IMG/VR virus record: IMGVR_UViG_3300034168_000130
Location: 1-60,949 of that record
Reading direction: 5' to 3' (one strand)
Origin: a virus
Lineage: Duplodnaviria; Caudoviricetes
DNA length: 60,949 nucleotides
The position numbers and the translations under genes were made by a program. The notes beneath the pieces are model-generated. The model made no database searches and was not told where the DNA came from. It saw only the letters and a program-made list of their open reading frames with translations. Shown piece after piece: positions 47,001-58,200 of this stretch; position 1 is the stretch's first letter, and each line of letters begins with the position of its first letter.

Positions 47001-49241
47001 TTGTCTTTGGTGTTTGCCGTAGCTGCTGAGTATAGGGGTAACAGTGAGTTTGACATGGGATACAACATGAAAGAATATCGAGCATCAACTCCTCAGATGT
47101 TTACTGAGGTTCGTACTGATGCTGATGGGGATGATCAAGAAATCTACCCAGAAACAATTCCTATGGGTCCTAAGTTTGGAATGATTTTGTATGACGAGAA
47201 TTCGGCTTCCTTCCTTCCAGTTTTAGAAGGACTGATTGAATCAGGCTCCAGTATCTACACAAAGAAAGGTACATCCGAGTACTATGCCTTTCAGACTGCA
47301 CCTTCATCCCCTGACTTTGTACTGTACCACTCGGCAGCTGATCAGATTACGCCAGCCGTAGAAGCTATTCCAGATACGATGGTCACAACCACAGAACGAA
47401 CCCTTGCACCAGCACCACAGGGTGGATGGAATGGGTGGGGTCCTCGCTATGATAACGTCACCAAGACTACAGGAACTAAGGGCATGCCAGCACAGGCTGC
47501 TACGGGCAAGTCTACAGACTTGACGAAGGCATTCGAGCAGAACCGCTTACACCGTCTTTTTATTTCTGCAGCACAGTCAAATAAAGTCATACCTAGTGTC
47601 TCTGACAAGGCATACGTAGCTGAGAAACAAATGGTTGCAATCCAAAGTGATATCTCTAGGATTCTTTCGGAGAGTTGGAAGAAATTAAAAAGTGAAATGG
47701 GTAGACTTCCAGAAGAATTGGCTAAAATTCCTCCAGCACTAGCAGAAATCCCAGCTCGACTTGGAAAGGCAATTGATAAAATTCCCTCACAGTTAGAGGG
47801 TCAAATGGATCAGGCTGAGAAGGCGATAGGAGCAATCCCATCACAATTAGAAGGTCAAATGGATCAGGCTAAGAATGCAATAGGAGCAATTCCTTCACAA
47901 GTAAAGAAGATCTTCGGAAACAATAACGTAGCATCTGGTCCTGATCTTGGTTACATGGTAACAGATGCCATCAGCCAATCAGACACTGGACAAAAAATAG
48001 GTAAAGCGGTAGACAATGCAGGTAACGTCCTGAGTAAATTGCCTAGTGACATAGCAAAGATTTTTAAATCACCTAACGTAGCAAATCCTAATGGCTTTGA
48101 CTTTGGGTGGTGGGCAATGGATAAAATGAAAGAGCCAACAATGGCAGCTATGCTTGCTGCTTATAAAGAAACAGGTAGTGCTGATTTTTCTGCATCAGCT
48201 AAAGTTAGAGGTCTTGCCTTACGTGCTGCCTTCTACAATTTCTTTGGTATGGATGAGGATGTTGTAAACAACCTGAGCCACGACCAAACACTGGAATTGC
48301 AGAAGACCGTTGAAGCATCCCCCCCTAGTAAGATCAAGAATATTACTATGCATGCAATATCTTTGTTGCATGATGAACACATGGCTGTTGAAGGACACTC
48401 AGCAATCCCCGCAGCAATTGCTGCACCAGCTAAAGACTTTGTTACAATTGCTCCTGCTGCTGTAGGTGAACCTAAGAACAGACCTGATGTTGAAGAACCA
48501 ACAGTTCAGGTTTCAACCGTCACCTACCCAGTCTCTGTACAAGCTAACGGTAGCTTGTTATCAGTAGCTATGATGCCCTATCAGACAAAGGGTGGTCCTA
48601 CAGTTCTTATCCCTACAGTTAAGAATGGTAAGCCTATGGATTCTAAAGCAGCTGTGGCTGAATACACTAAGACAGGTCAACACTTTGGTATCTTCAGTAC
48701 GGTAGAGAAAGCAACTACCTATGCTAAAGCACTGGAGGTAGAACAAACAACATCTATTAAAACCCGTGAGAAACTTTGGTTTGATGTCATCAAAACCTAC
48801 GAAGGGTTTGAAGCCAAAGCCTATAACAAAGATGGGAAGTGGACTGTTGGAGCAGGATCAACAACACATCCAGACGGTACTCCTGTTAAAAAAGGAGATG
48901 TTATTGATGCAACTAAAGCTGATATGTACGTCCGTCATTACACCTACAACACCGTCATCCCAACTCTACGTAATACGATCCCTAAGTGGGATAAGATGAA
49001 TGCTAACCAACAAGCAGCATTGATCTCATTCGCTTATAACATGGGTCCTAACTTCTATGGAGCAAAGAACCGAGAAACAATTACTGCAGCCCTAAAGAGT
49101 CCACTCACTTGGTACAAAATACCAGCAATCCTGCCCTTGTACAACAAAGCCACTTCACAAACAAGCGGTAAGTTAGTTGTCCTGCAGGGATTGGTCAAGC
49201 GTAGAAAAGCAGAAGCAAACCTTTGGAATCAAACTAAATAA
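44040..49241 (+). CDS. Internal virion protein with C-terminal GH24 lysozyme (~48783-49238)
   Basis: IKTYEGF..AY..GKWTVGAGST, ALISFAYNMG, GLVKRRKAE; 18-aa repeats at 47769-47900. Confidence 0.85.
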   Translation: MPPLQPLQQTIFEQGPQSSVGMGASPIVDYREDPTVIVNPINPALALDNGVAWYALGAEAFNVAGKLYTETLDNVIEGKDASIQAIGYDLQDETDDLYQNFQIRLQQAEIAGTDLTQEDQVILNKGYEDLKVKYDEQARGVLGDEDYARFTQGNPDLSDIGSKYRRLALQTRKSYYDIENNITKIMYNMAEAQQNLIEKNENRARFAAGNGPTGSRQPSLTREEMANIPYNPMINGMYPITTNGGKSILPMGKDGTAFGRDAAGQILKDEFGKPVLVEGKDKELYINKEADLAVLGEDHLRTISRVEAEGGNQTSATGKNILPAAQRAYKDLITDRLSDSDALIAMNQLRYVDVRAIAALQNADGSPAFSADQVMRLSVMSSMSRSSATLEMLKKFQVNDFNNPKALEIAYKYLNSVKRGAKGLVMEGRNDFLGNEETIFGTGQDQTALATITNAVVRFAAQYSGVNLDTYTTDENNKDVRVAGEGTSNESIVDFLYRNPQMKIMIVRAYLAVMSNPTITRGGTEATDKLRSEEINEFMKTSFVPAEFEAADLSVIDGVVISSKSLKSVDRSVEGLNSIINSAKLTDLQKKEYMDLNKGEKSKIIAQAELRGTNGCKVLHTDTEEQVIAKQITYIGLWNPSADKQVIRAVLGGVGQTSVTRRGTTIAKNGLSDGELARAAFAANPEFYGPMGLVPNTKDAAALVRAMPIEDQVKLAGEAWQMIPPAEYWEMELDISDISQLEGDNSGIPVSFKAISAQTVDGTNVNLVDYVTSRDNLDSKGGWMPRQRDNNNTPIVRIGQRILNDKNQLVENTERNLNLNIQDIIEARAEGSFSNRETVLRGAGFPSRTDTGATDDVRAIEAIKISKIQQDRINFAKLFETSGIDNPEVTSVVDFMNQLDLPKTRAGLAAIRKLDPTFKDDAAGTSILDTITTDYRRATQPNTGELRTGAGDPDGKGNYADALFTPAMMDAVMVKAQKLGLKTVSDHLSLVFAVAAEYRGNSEFDMGYNMKEYRASTPQMFTEVRTDADGDDQEIYPETIPMGPKFGMILYDENSASFLPVLEGLIESGSSIYTKKGTSEYYAFQTAPSSPDFVLYHSAADQITPAVEAIPDTMVTTTERTLAPAPQGGWNGWGPRYDNVTKTTGTKGMPAQAATGKSTDLTKAFEQNRLHRLFISAAQSNKVIPSVSDKAYVAEKQMVAIQSDISRILSESWKKLKSEMGRLPEELAKIPPALAEIPARLGKAIDKIPSQLEGQMDQAEKAIGAIPSQLEGQMDQAKNAIGAIPSQVKKIFGNNNVASGPDLGYMVTDAISQSDTGQKIGKAVDNAGNVLSKLPSDIAKIFKSPNVANPNGFDFGWWAMDKMKEPTMAAMLAAYKETGSADFSASAKVRGLALRAAFYNFFGMDEDVVNNLSHDQTLELQKTVEASPPSKIKNITMHAISLLHDEHMAVEGHSAIPAAIAAPAKDFVTIAPAAVGEPKNRPDVEEPTVQVSTVTYPVSVQANGSLLSVAMMPYQTKGGPTVLIPTVKNGKPMDSKAAVAEYTKTGQHFGIFSTVEKATTYAKALEVEQTTSIKTREKLWFDVIKTYEGFEAKAYNKDGKWTVGAGSTTHPDGTPVKKGDVIDATKADMYVRHYTYNTVIPTLRNTIPKWDKMNANQQAALISFAYNMGPNFYGAKNRETITAALKSPLTWYKIPAILPLYNKATSQTSGKLVVLQGLVKRRKAEANLWNQTK

Positions 49242-52200
49242 TGAAGAACCTTTATACCGAATCAAGCTATGATCGTAATGAACGTCCTAAGGCATTCCCG
49301 TTCTATCAAGACTATCAACAGAATACATACTTTGCACCTAACCAAGGTACTGAAGAAAACCTGTTGTTTGATCCAAAGGGTATATCTGATCCTATAAACT
49401 GGGGAGTAAAACCTAGGTTTACAGGTGAACCTACTGAAGCAGAATCACGAACCTTGAATCAGATCCAGTCTCTTGCCTTTGCTAATGTGCTGAACAACTC
49501 GTTGGTTACCCTTGGTAAAGATCCCTCACAGGGACTGTTTCTAAGACAACTTATTGGTCAAGCTGCTATGCAACCTGTAAACGTTGCTGATGAAGACATC
49601 AATGACGCAGGGATTGCCCGTGAGCAAACTAGGTTGAATGATCTAATGATGCAACCTGAGGAACGCTTGCAACAAGAAGGAATGGGTGATTTAATTACCC
49701 AGTCTATGTCTAAGCTTGCATACATGAAGGCACGACATAACAATACCTTGGTAGTTCCAGACACCAACATTGCTAACTATTACCGAGGACAGGGTTGGTT
49801 TGGTAACATTGTTGGTGGTATTGCTGATATGGCAATGACAGTTTATGATACTGCAATGGATTATAATCCCGCAGCACCCTCAGTTTTATCTCCTACAGTT
49901 GTACCTGCTTTACAACGTATGGGTGGAGATGGTCTTCGGGTTCTCCGAAGCATGGGCTTTGATAATGATGCTGTATTAGCAGACCTTGAAAAGGAAACGG
50001 GTGGACTGCCTTCAACCAGTACAGCTGACATGGTTGCCCTTGTTGAATCCTTTGATCGTAACTTTGACTATAAGACATGGTTCAATGAAAAAATTGCTTT
50101 GGATCCTACAGTGCGGGATGGGTTGTTGAACTACGGTGTGACTGAGGATTTGTTTATACAATCCCGTAACAGCACTCATGCTTTGATGACGCTGATGAGT
50201 AAGATGAATGTCAGTGATATCCAACGCCGCCTTAGTAACTATGTACCAACCACTTACCAGTCTATCTATGGCTTTGCTGCATCGTTCAAAGATGGTTTCG
50301 TAGGCAGTCTTGATACCGCAGCAGAAATTGCTGTAGAAATTGGTGGTACTATTGCTGTAGATACAGCTATTGGTGCAGCTTTCTTTGGAGCACCTACGGC
50401 TGGTGGAGCAGCTCCAGTTGGAGCCGTAGTAGGCGCAGCCGTAGGAGTAGGTCGAGGTCTCCAGATTCTTTACAAAACATTATCTGCAGCTAAGCAGGTC
50501 ATGTCAAGTGCTTGGTACTTGACGGGCTATGGCAAACTTCCACGGTTAGCTATGCAGTGGGGTGTTCTCCGCACAACAGGAGCAAGTGCTTTGGTCGGAG
50601 CAACCTCTAACTCCCTAATTGATTATGTGGGACAGAAAGAAAACATTGCCCTTGCTAACTCATTGTACTTTTACAACCCAGATATGCAATCAGTCTTTAG
50701 TATGGACGAAGTAATGGGAGCTGCAGCAGCAGGAGCATTGTTTGGTGCTAGTTTAGGTATGGTTGGTCATGTCGTCAGTACAGTTGCAGTTAGAGGAAAC
50801 AACGCTGCAGCCCGTAACGCATTTGCTCAACAGGGAATAGATCCAGCTTTTGCACCACAACAACGCAATCCTTTCCAGAGAACTAAGGATAACATTGCTG
50901 CTTTTAGGAACCGCAAAGCAGTTACTATTCAAGATCCTATTGCAGGAGCTATTCAAACCGCAGTATCCAAGGGTGTTGACCCTACGGTTGTGGACATCAA
51001 CGCAGCAGCCCGAACCACCTCTACAGCTATTGATGCTGCCAGTGTGGCATCGAACCCTAAGGATGCAGCCAACCTACCTGATCATTCCCTAAATAGACGA
51101 CAGCCTAATGAGCCTATGCGAGCCTTTACCATCCGAGCAGCTTTGGGTAAGTTTGTTACCTCAGTAACTGATCTATTAGATGCTGACAGTGCGGGTGGTC
51201 GGTTCTCCCTGCTCACGCCAAGAGAACAATACCTGACCCTGTTGAGAACAGAAGACCATATGCGTGATTTCTCAGCGATGACCGATATTGAAACGGATCT
51301 CACAAACAAGGCTGCAGGACGACCAGAGCAGATGCGTATAATTGATCCTGTAACAGGACGAAGCTCTAGCCCCGCAGCTAACGTAGCTAAGCTGTACAGT
51401 GAGCTAGACGAAGCTAGGTCAACCCTAGAGAAGACCATCAGCAAGGAAGACCGAGCAGAAGCTAGGCTTGCCCACAAGAATGGCACCGAGCTTGCTCCTA
51501 GGACCATCTCTTCAGCTGTGGATAAAGCCACCTCTAATGTCAGAGGAATCATGGAGAATGCATCCGAAGGTCGCCACAACCCCAGCATAGTCACAGGACC
51601 CAAGGTTGATACCGAGGCTACCACAGGGGTACCTACAGGAGAGAACGCAGCACAGGGCACCACAGCCCCAGCATTGCCAACCCAAAAGAAGGTAGACGAG
51701 ATCACCAAGGATACAGCTGAGGATATGTCCCTGCTGACTGACGAAGAACTGGCAGATCCAAAGACTAGAGCTTCTATTGAACGTAACGTCACCCGACAGT
51801 TGTTTGGTGGAGAAAAAGAACACAACCTCCGTAGCTTGAGCCGAGGACTGGCTAAGGCTAGGAAGCTGACTCTTGCACAACAAGCAAGGATTACTGCTGT
51901 ACTAGATAACCCTAGGTCCTTCCTCAAGAAGGCTCCAGGAAATCCAGTGTACATCAAGAACTTCTATGCTCGCCTAGATTTATTGGTTAAGATGGGTAAC
52001 ATCACAGATGTTGATCGACGTATTATCCTAGCCTCTACTGTTAATACATCCTTTACTTCTAACGTAGCTGCTAAAATCAGCGACATAGGAACCAGAGGAG
52101 ATAACCGTGCAAGCACCTCGCTGCAGGGAGATATCAAGATTGGTAAGTTAGATACATCAGTTGAAGGAAACACCCGAGTAGAGAACGTCCTCCATGAGAT

Positions 52201-55200
52201 TGGTCATGTTGAAGAACTCCATGCCTACGGTCAGTCTTTGATGGATCTTCGTAAGCTGTTCACATCAGAAAAAGAGTTCCTAGATGCAGCTCAACAAGTC
52301 CTTGGTACTGACAACTTTAACAAGTACTACATTGCAGGCAATACCCAAGAGCTGATGGCTCAGGTCAAAGCCAAGATGATGATTGATGAAGTCAAGCTTG
52401 CAGTCTTCTTGAAGACAACCAATTCAACAGCTGTAGAGAAGACCTTGTTGAACCATGTGCTACGAATTGGTACATCTTTGATGGAGGTGTTTGCATCCCT
52501 CAAGTTGAGTAAGGTAGATGCTGAGGATCAGATGTACACTGCCGTAAAGGAAATCCTATACAAGCTAGAGACAGGCGCAGCACCGCTGATGACCCGTGTG
52601 AACTATCAGCAGCGAGTTACGGGCGCACTAAAGGAATTCCCTAAGGGCAAGTTGTCACCGACTGACAAGGCTGCTTTTGCCAAAGCAATCAATACAAAGA
52701 TTTCCGAAGGCTTTAAGAAGAATGATCTTGCCTTACAGGATATGATGTTCACTAAGGATGAGGTTCAATCTTTGCATGCACTGACAGTTCATTCCGATGG
52801 CTCAGTAGATCCAATCCGACTGGATGCTTATCTGAATGTCAAGCGAGAAGGTATCACTGTGAAGGAGAAGGCAAAGTTTATCAAGACCTTCCAGTCTTAC
52901 ATGGAGATTAACCGACGCTACCTAGCGTCTACTACGGACATCTACATTGCCTCTATGAAAGAGAACGGATACAAAGCTGTACCCACTAACCCAATTGTGA
53001 TGGACGCTTCCTTGAGTAAGCGAGATCAGATTGCTGCTCTACGGGAATACCATAGGGACTTAGCACCAGACGAAATGCTGGTAACACCGTCTTACTTAGA
53101 TCCTACCTTTGGGAACTTTGATGGTGATCTTGCTTTGCAGTTCTTGGTTGACTCTAGTACTGAACCAACTTTAATGATGGCTCCTAGCTCCACCCTAGCT
53201 GCACCCGAGTTGATGAATGTCAAGGTAGCTGAGTTTGCACAGAAACACTTTGGTAAGCGTAAAGGTTTTAATGGTAAGCTGGCATCTGAAAACTTTATTG
53301 CATGGTTCGGCGACAGCAAAGTTGTAGATGCTGAAGGTAATCCATTGGTTGTTTATCATGCTACAAGATCTAATCTATTCACTACATTTAAGGCAAGTGT
53401 TACTGGACTCTATGGAAAGGGTAATTACTTTGCCACCCTAGCTAAGGTAGCAGAAAACTTTATCAAGGATGGTAGTAGGTATGTAGATAACACAACGGGC
53501 TTAAGTGTAGACGTAATTGCAGAAGGTGGAAGAGTAATCCCTACATTTGTATCTATAAAGAATCCCTTTATTACAGGCACTGATCCACAATTTGAACGGC
53601 TTGCAATGCAAAAATTAGGGCTGTCCCTGAGTGATTTAGCTGATAGAGCACAAGCAATATATGAACGTGGATTACCTGACGAGGCTCTGGGAATACCCAA
53701 TCCAATTAAGGACGTTGATGCTGCGTATCCCGCAGCCATCACAGAGTTGCTACAAGAAGGTGGCTTTGATGGAATTCAAATTAACTTTAAAAAGGGTGAT
53801 TCATACTTCATTGCCTTTGATTCTTCACAGAGTAAATCATCAATAGCTAACTCAGGTGACTTTGGTTCCAATGAACCAAACATTATGTTTGCCCCTAGGG
53901 CTAAGCCTAGTGTTGCATTTACCCCAGAGTTGGTTGTTCAACGTCTAGCGTTCTTGTCAACAAACTTGAAAGACAACCCAGCCAACGCTGCTGACTTCAA
54001 GACAGCTATGCAGGGAATGTTTGGAATGAATGATGAGTTGTTTGATGCCCTGTCTAAAGTAAAGGGAGAAGTTAAACCAGACCAGATGGCTGAGTATCAT
54101 CAAGCTGTTATTCGTCGCACAGTGGATGCCTTGATGGCAGAGAAACTTGCGGTAGGTCCTGAGGGTGTTCGTCGCTTGAACGCAGTTGAACGTGAGATGA
54201 ATCCCGTTCGAGCATCCAAGCAGATTGCCAAGACAAAGGAAGCTACGATTGAACGAGCTCGGTATGAACCAGTTGATAATATGCCTGAGGATGCAACCGA
54301 CAGTAAGCTGTATCCTAACAACCCAATGAATGCCACAATGCTTGAGAACTTCTGGAACGATGGCGTGGCAGGAAAACAAGTGTTGGCTAGACTTAAGAGT
54401 CAAGGTATTGATATAACGGACGGAACCGTCTTTACTTCCTTAGCAGATAAGATGGAGCTCATTCAAGCAAAGGGTATCAGTATCTTGGTTGATGCTAAGA
54501 CAGGAGAGATTCGATCCCGTAATGCTTTGATCAACTACATTGCGCTTGCTGTTCAACGGAATGTCTTTGATACTAAGGGCACCGTAAGCAAAGCAGGACT
54601 TACCCCAGCAAGCTGGTCTGAGTTCCTTGCAACAGAGAATGACATCATCCGTACCTCCCGTGATGGAGGAGCAGAGATAACATTCGATGGTACGCCTACG
54701 CAACACTTGGCTGCCGAGAAGAAGAAAGACTCAGAACTGTACCAACGCTTTAAGAAAGCTTACTCCAAAGCTTACATGACGATGGATGAGTCAGGCATTC
54801 GATCAACTGGAACCGCTACTAAAACCTCAGAGGCTAAGGTAGGTCAGGTCAAGGCTGAAGGACTCAGTATCATGGTAGACTACGCAACCAGTCTGGAGTA
54901 CGACTTGTTCTCAAAGAGAGACGGGGGATGGCAGAAGTTTGTCATCACTAGCCTCATTGAAGGTAAGTCGTATGCTGAGATTGCAGCACTTGCTAACGAG
55001 AATGGCTTTAAGAAGAAGAAAGCTAACAACGTCACAGATGCTGTAGATGCTGTACGGGCACGGTTCAGAGCAATGCTGCAAGAAGAAACAGGCACGGACT
55101 TGACAGGCATGACCGATGATCAAGTGCAAGCTACTGGTGTTCTTGAAGCAGTCAAAGAAAAAGTTGATGAAGCAAACGCAAAACGAGATACTGCCCCTGT

Positions 55201-58200
55201 AGAAGACCTTGCTCCTGAACGAAAGTCCAGTGATGAGATCCTTGCAGAAACAGAGAAGTCTGCTACAGAGCAAACAAACTCAGATGAGTTGACTGCTGCT
55301 CTGGACACTAATGAACCAACGTCTCAGCCTGTGATTGCACCTGAAGGCAGTAAGGGTCCTGTTACGGCAGTTGTCCAAGTAGACGGCGAAGCTGTTGGAC
55401 CGTTGACCCCACACGTTGCACCTAAGACAGCTGAAGCGGTTGCTAAGAACCCTAAGACTCCTAAGGCACGGTTCACATCATCAACTCCTAAGAAGGTTGT
55501 TGTGTTCACCACAGGTGATGCACGGGCTATGCTCAAGGCTACAGGGAACGTAGGTAAGTTGTTCTTTGCCTCAATGAAGACGATGGAAGGTTTGCTTAAT
55601 GCATTACCAAAGTCTGCACTCAAGGATACGGATATCGCTGTTGTGGTTAAGATTCTAAAGAAGATGATTGCTTCTGGTGAAGAGAAGGCAGCAGTGGCTA
55701 AATTCTTAGCACTGATGAAGCACCTTGACATTGAAGCTGTTAAAGTGATTGATCCTAAGGATGGTCGCACGGTAATGAACTTTATCTTTGCTGAGCAAGC
55801 TTGGTCTTATGGTGGCATTAGTCGCTTTACGGCTAAAGCTAAACCAAAAGCTGCTGCACCTAAGACTGCTGCACCTAAGACTGCTGCTGCCCCTAAGGAA
55901 GCTGCACCAAAAGAAGCTGCTCCTACAGAGGCTGCCCCCGCAGAGACTACCACCGAAGCCGCACCAGACGGAACTCAGGTTCCTGTGATGGAGCCTAAGG
56001 AAGTCCCAAGTAATGAGATAGCTGGCGGTAGTGTTGTCCCTGTCATCAGTGAGCATGACCGCTTGGTCACTGGTTTGACGGAAGGCAACGAAGCCCTACG
56101 GGATGGTGGAGTTGACGCTACTTCCTTTACAGCTTTGTTTAAGAAGTTTGTCCGTTCCCTTAGTAAGGAAAGCAAGAAGAAACTTGGTACTGCGCTACCA
56201 GAAGAATTCAAAGATCTGTTCATGAAGTTTGTAGAGCTGAACGCAGCTATTATGCACGACAACCGTACAATCTTTAGATCACATAAAATTGTTCAAACGT
56301 TCTGGAAACAAGTTGACGCAATGCTGGCGGTCGAAGACGGTCTTCAAATGAAGGATACGATGCGAGTCCGTTTGACAATGAAAGAGATCTACGCCATGGC
56401 TGCAGCCCACGTCTCAACCAAGCAGCTCCGTTTCCTACCGCCACTGACCCATGAGAACATCACTATTAAGAATGGAAAGTTTGGTCTACGGGATGTGTCT
56501 AAAGAAACACAGGGTGTCTTGGCTCGACGAGACACAGGACCAATTATAGCGTACACACCAGAAGAACTTGCTGCACGTAAAGCTGCGGCAGCAACTGCTG
56601 CACCAGCTGGACCAATCGGTCCTGTGACTGCAGCAGCAAAGAAGAAGGGTCCTCTGACTGTGGAAGAGATTCTTGATGAAGACTTTAATAGAGAAGGAGA
56701 TCCAATAGTTGCAGCTGAAGCTGAGATTGTTTTGGATAACTCGGCTCGCATTGACACTATCATGGGAAAAATTAAAACTTCCTTTAATCAACTCCTAAGA
56801 CAGAACAACTTTATCTCATATTTGTTGGGCGGTAGTGAACGAACTAATCGTAACCGATGGCGCACGTGGATGTCCAACACTGTAAATGCTCTTCAGCATG
56901 CCTCTAAACTTGGGCTTACAGTAAGAGCTATGAATGATGAACTTCGCTTCATGGCTATGTTCATGGATGACTCCAGAGCAATGACGGGTCAACTGGTATC
57001 ACCGAATGGTACCCCAGTTCGCTCAGCTGCTAAGTCAAAGCAGGAAGCCGTTATGTTCACAGCGAACCTGACGAGAATCCACCATGCCTTGGAAGCTGAA
57101 GCACAGGTGCTGAAGCTAGACCCTGCGTCACGTAAGCTGTTGCAGAAGATGCAGATCGTAGCTTGGCAGAAGAAGACTACACCGACCGCTAAGGAAATGT
57201 CCGATGGTTTGGGTGGAGGTGACTTTACCAAGATGGCTGGTATCATGGAGAACTACAGAAAAGAAATGCTGCATCTCAATACTGAAATGCTGAAGCTCGA
57301 AGAGAAGACTGGGTGGAGAACTGTAACTAAGAACGGCAAGCCCGTTGAAGCAGACTCGTACCTTCCTATTCAGTTGCACATGCAAAAGCTCATGGCTGCT
57401 ATGGGAGATAACCAACAGTACGACAACCTGCTCCGTAGTATTGTTGCTACTCGCCGTGCTACTAAGATGGCAGACGAGAGCCTTGACAGGAACACCCTGA
57501 TCACCATGGGTATCATGAACCTTGAGGATAACTCTAAATTTTATACACAGGACCGTACGTTTGCCTTGACAAACAACATCACTTTGGATGCTGATACGCT
57601 GAAGAAGCTAAAGAAGTTTGAGGTCGTAACTACTGAGTCTACTGACTTCACAAAGACTATAGGGAAAGAAGGACGTGACTTCTTTATTATTCAAGAAGGT
57701 GGTAAGAAGGCTACGGTCTATGCTATGCCAACTTCGGTAAAGGATCTTTCTGATGCTGACCTGAAAAAGTATTACGATACCGTCTCAGGTGATCAGACTA
57801 ATGTTACCAAGGTATGGAAAGAAGAGTTTAACAACAAGGGACTGATCGAAGTGGAGATGAAGGAACTGCTTGACTTCAAGTCACGTCAGGGTCGCTATCA
57901 TCATACAAAGAACTCCATGGTTAATAGTAGACCAGTCCTTGATGGGAATCACCATGACGAAGCTTTTTCAACCGTCAGAAACTTTTCGGTTGAAGAGTTG
58001 ATCTCTGATGCAGAGTTGTTCAAGGTGGCTAGGACTGATCTCCATGCTGCATACCAAAACTTCTCACGGTATCGCATGTTTGATCTTCTATTCCAAGAAT
58101 CTGTGGATCAACTTTCAGGAAGTCCAGGACTCCGTCCTAAGGAGTTCTTTAGAATGATGGAAGAAAGAATTAAGCAGAAAGCTGATACGATGGCAAAGAG

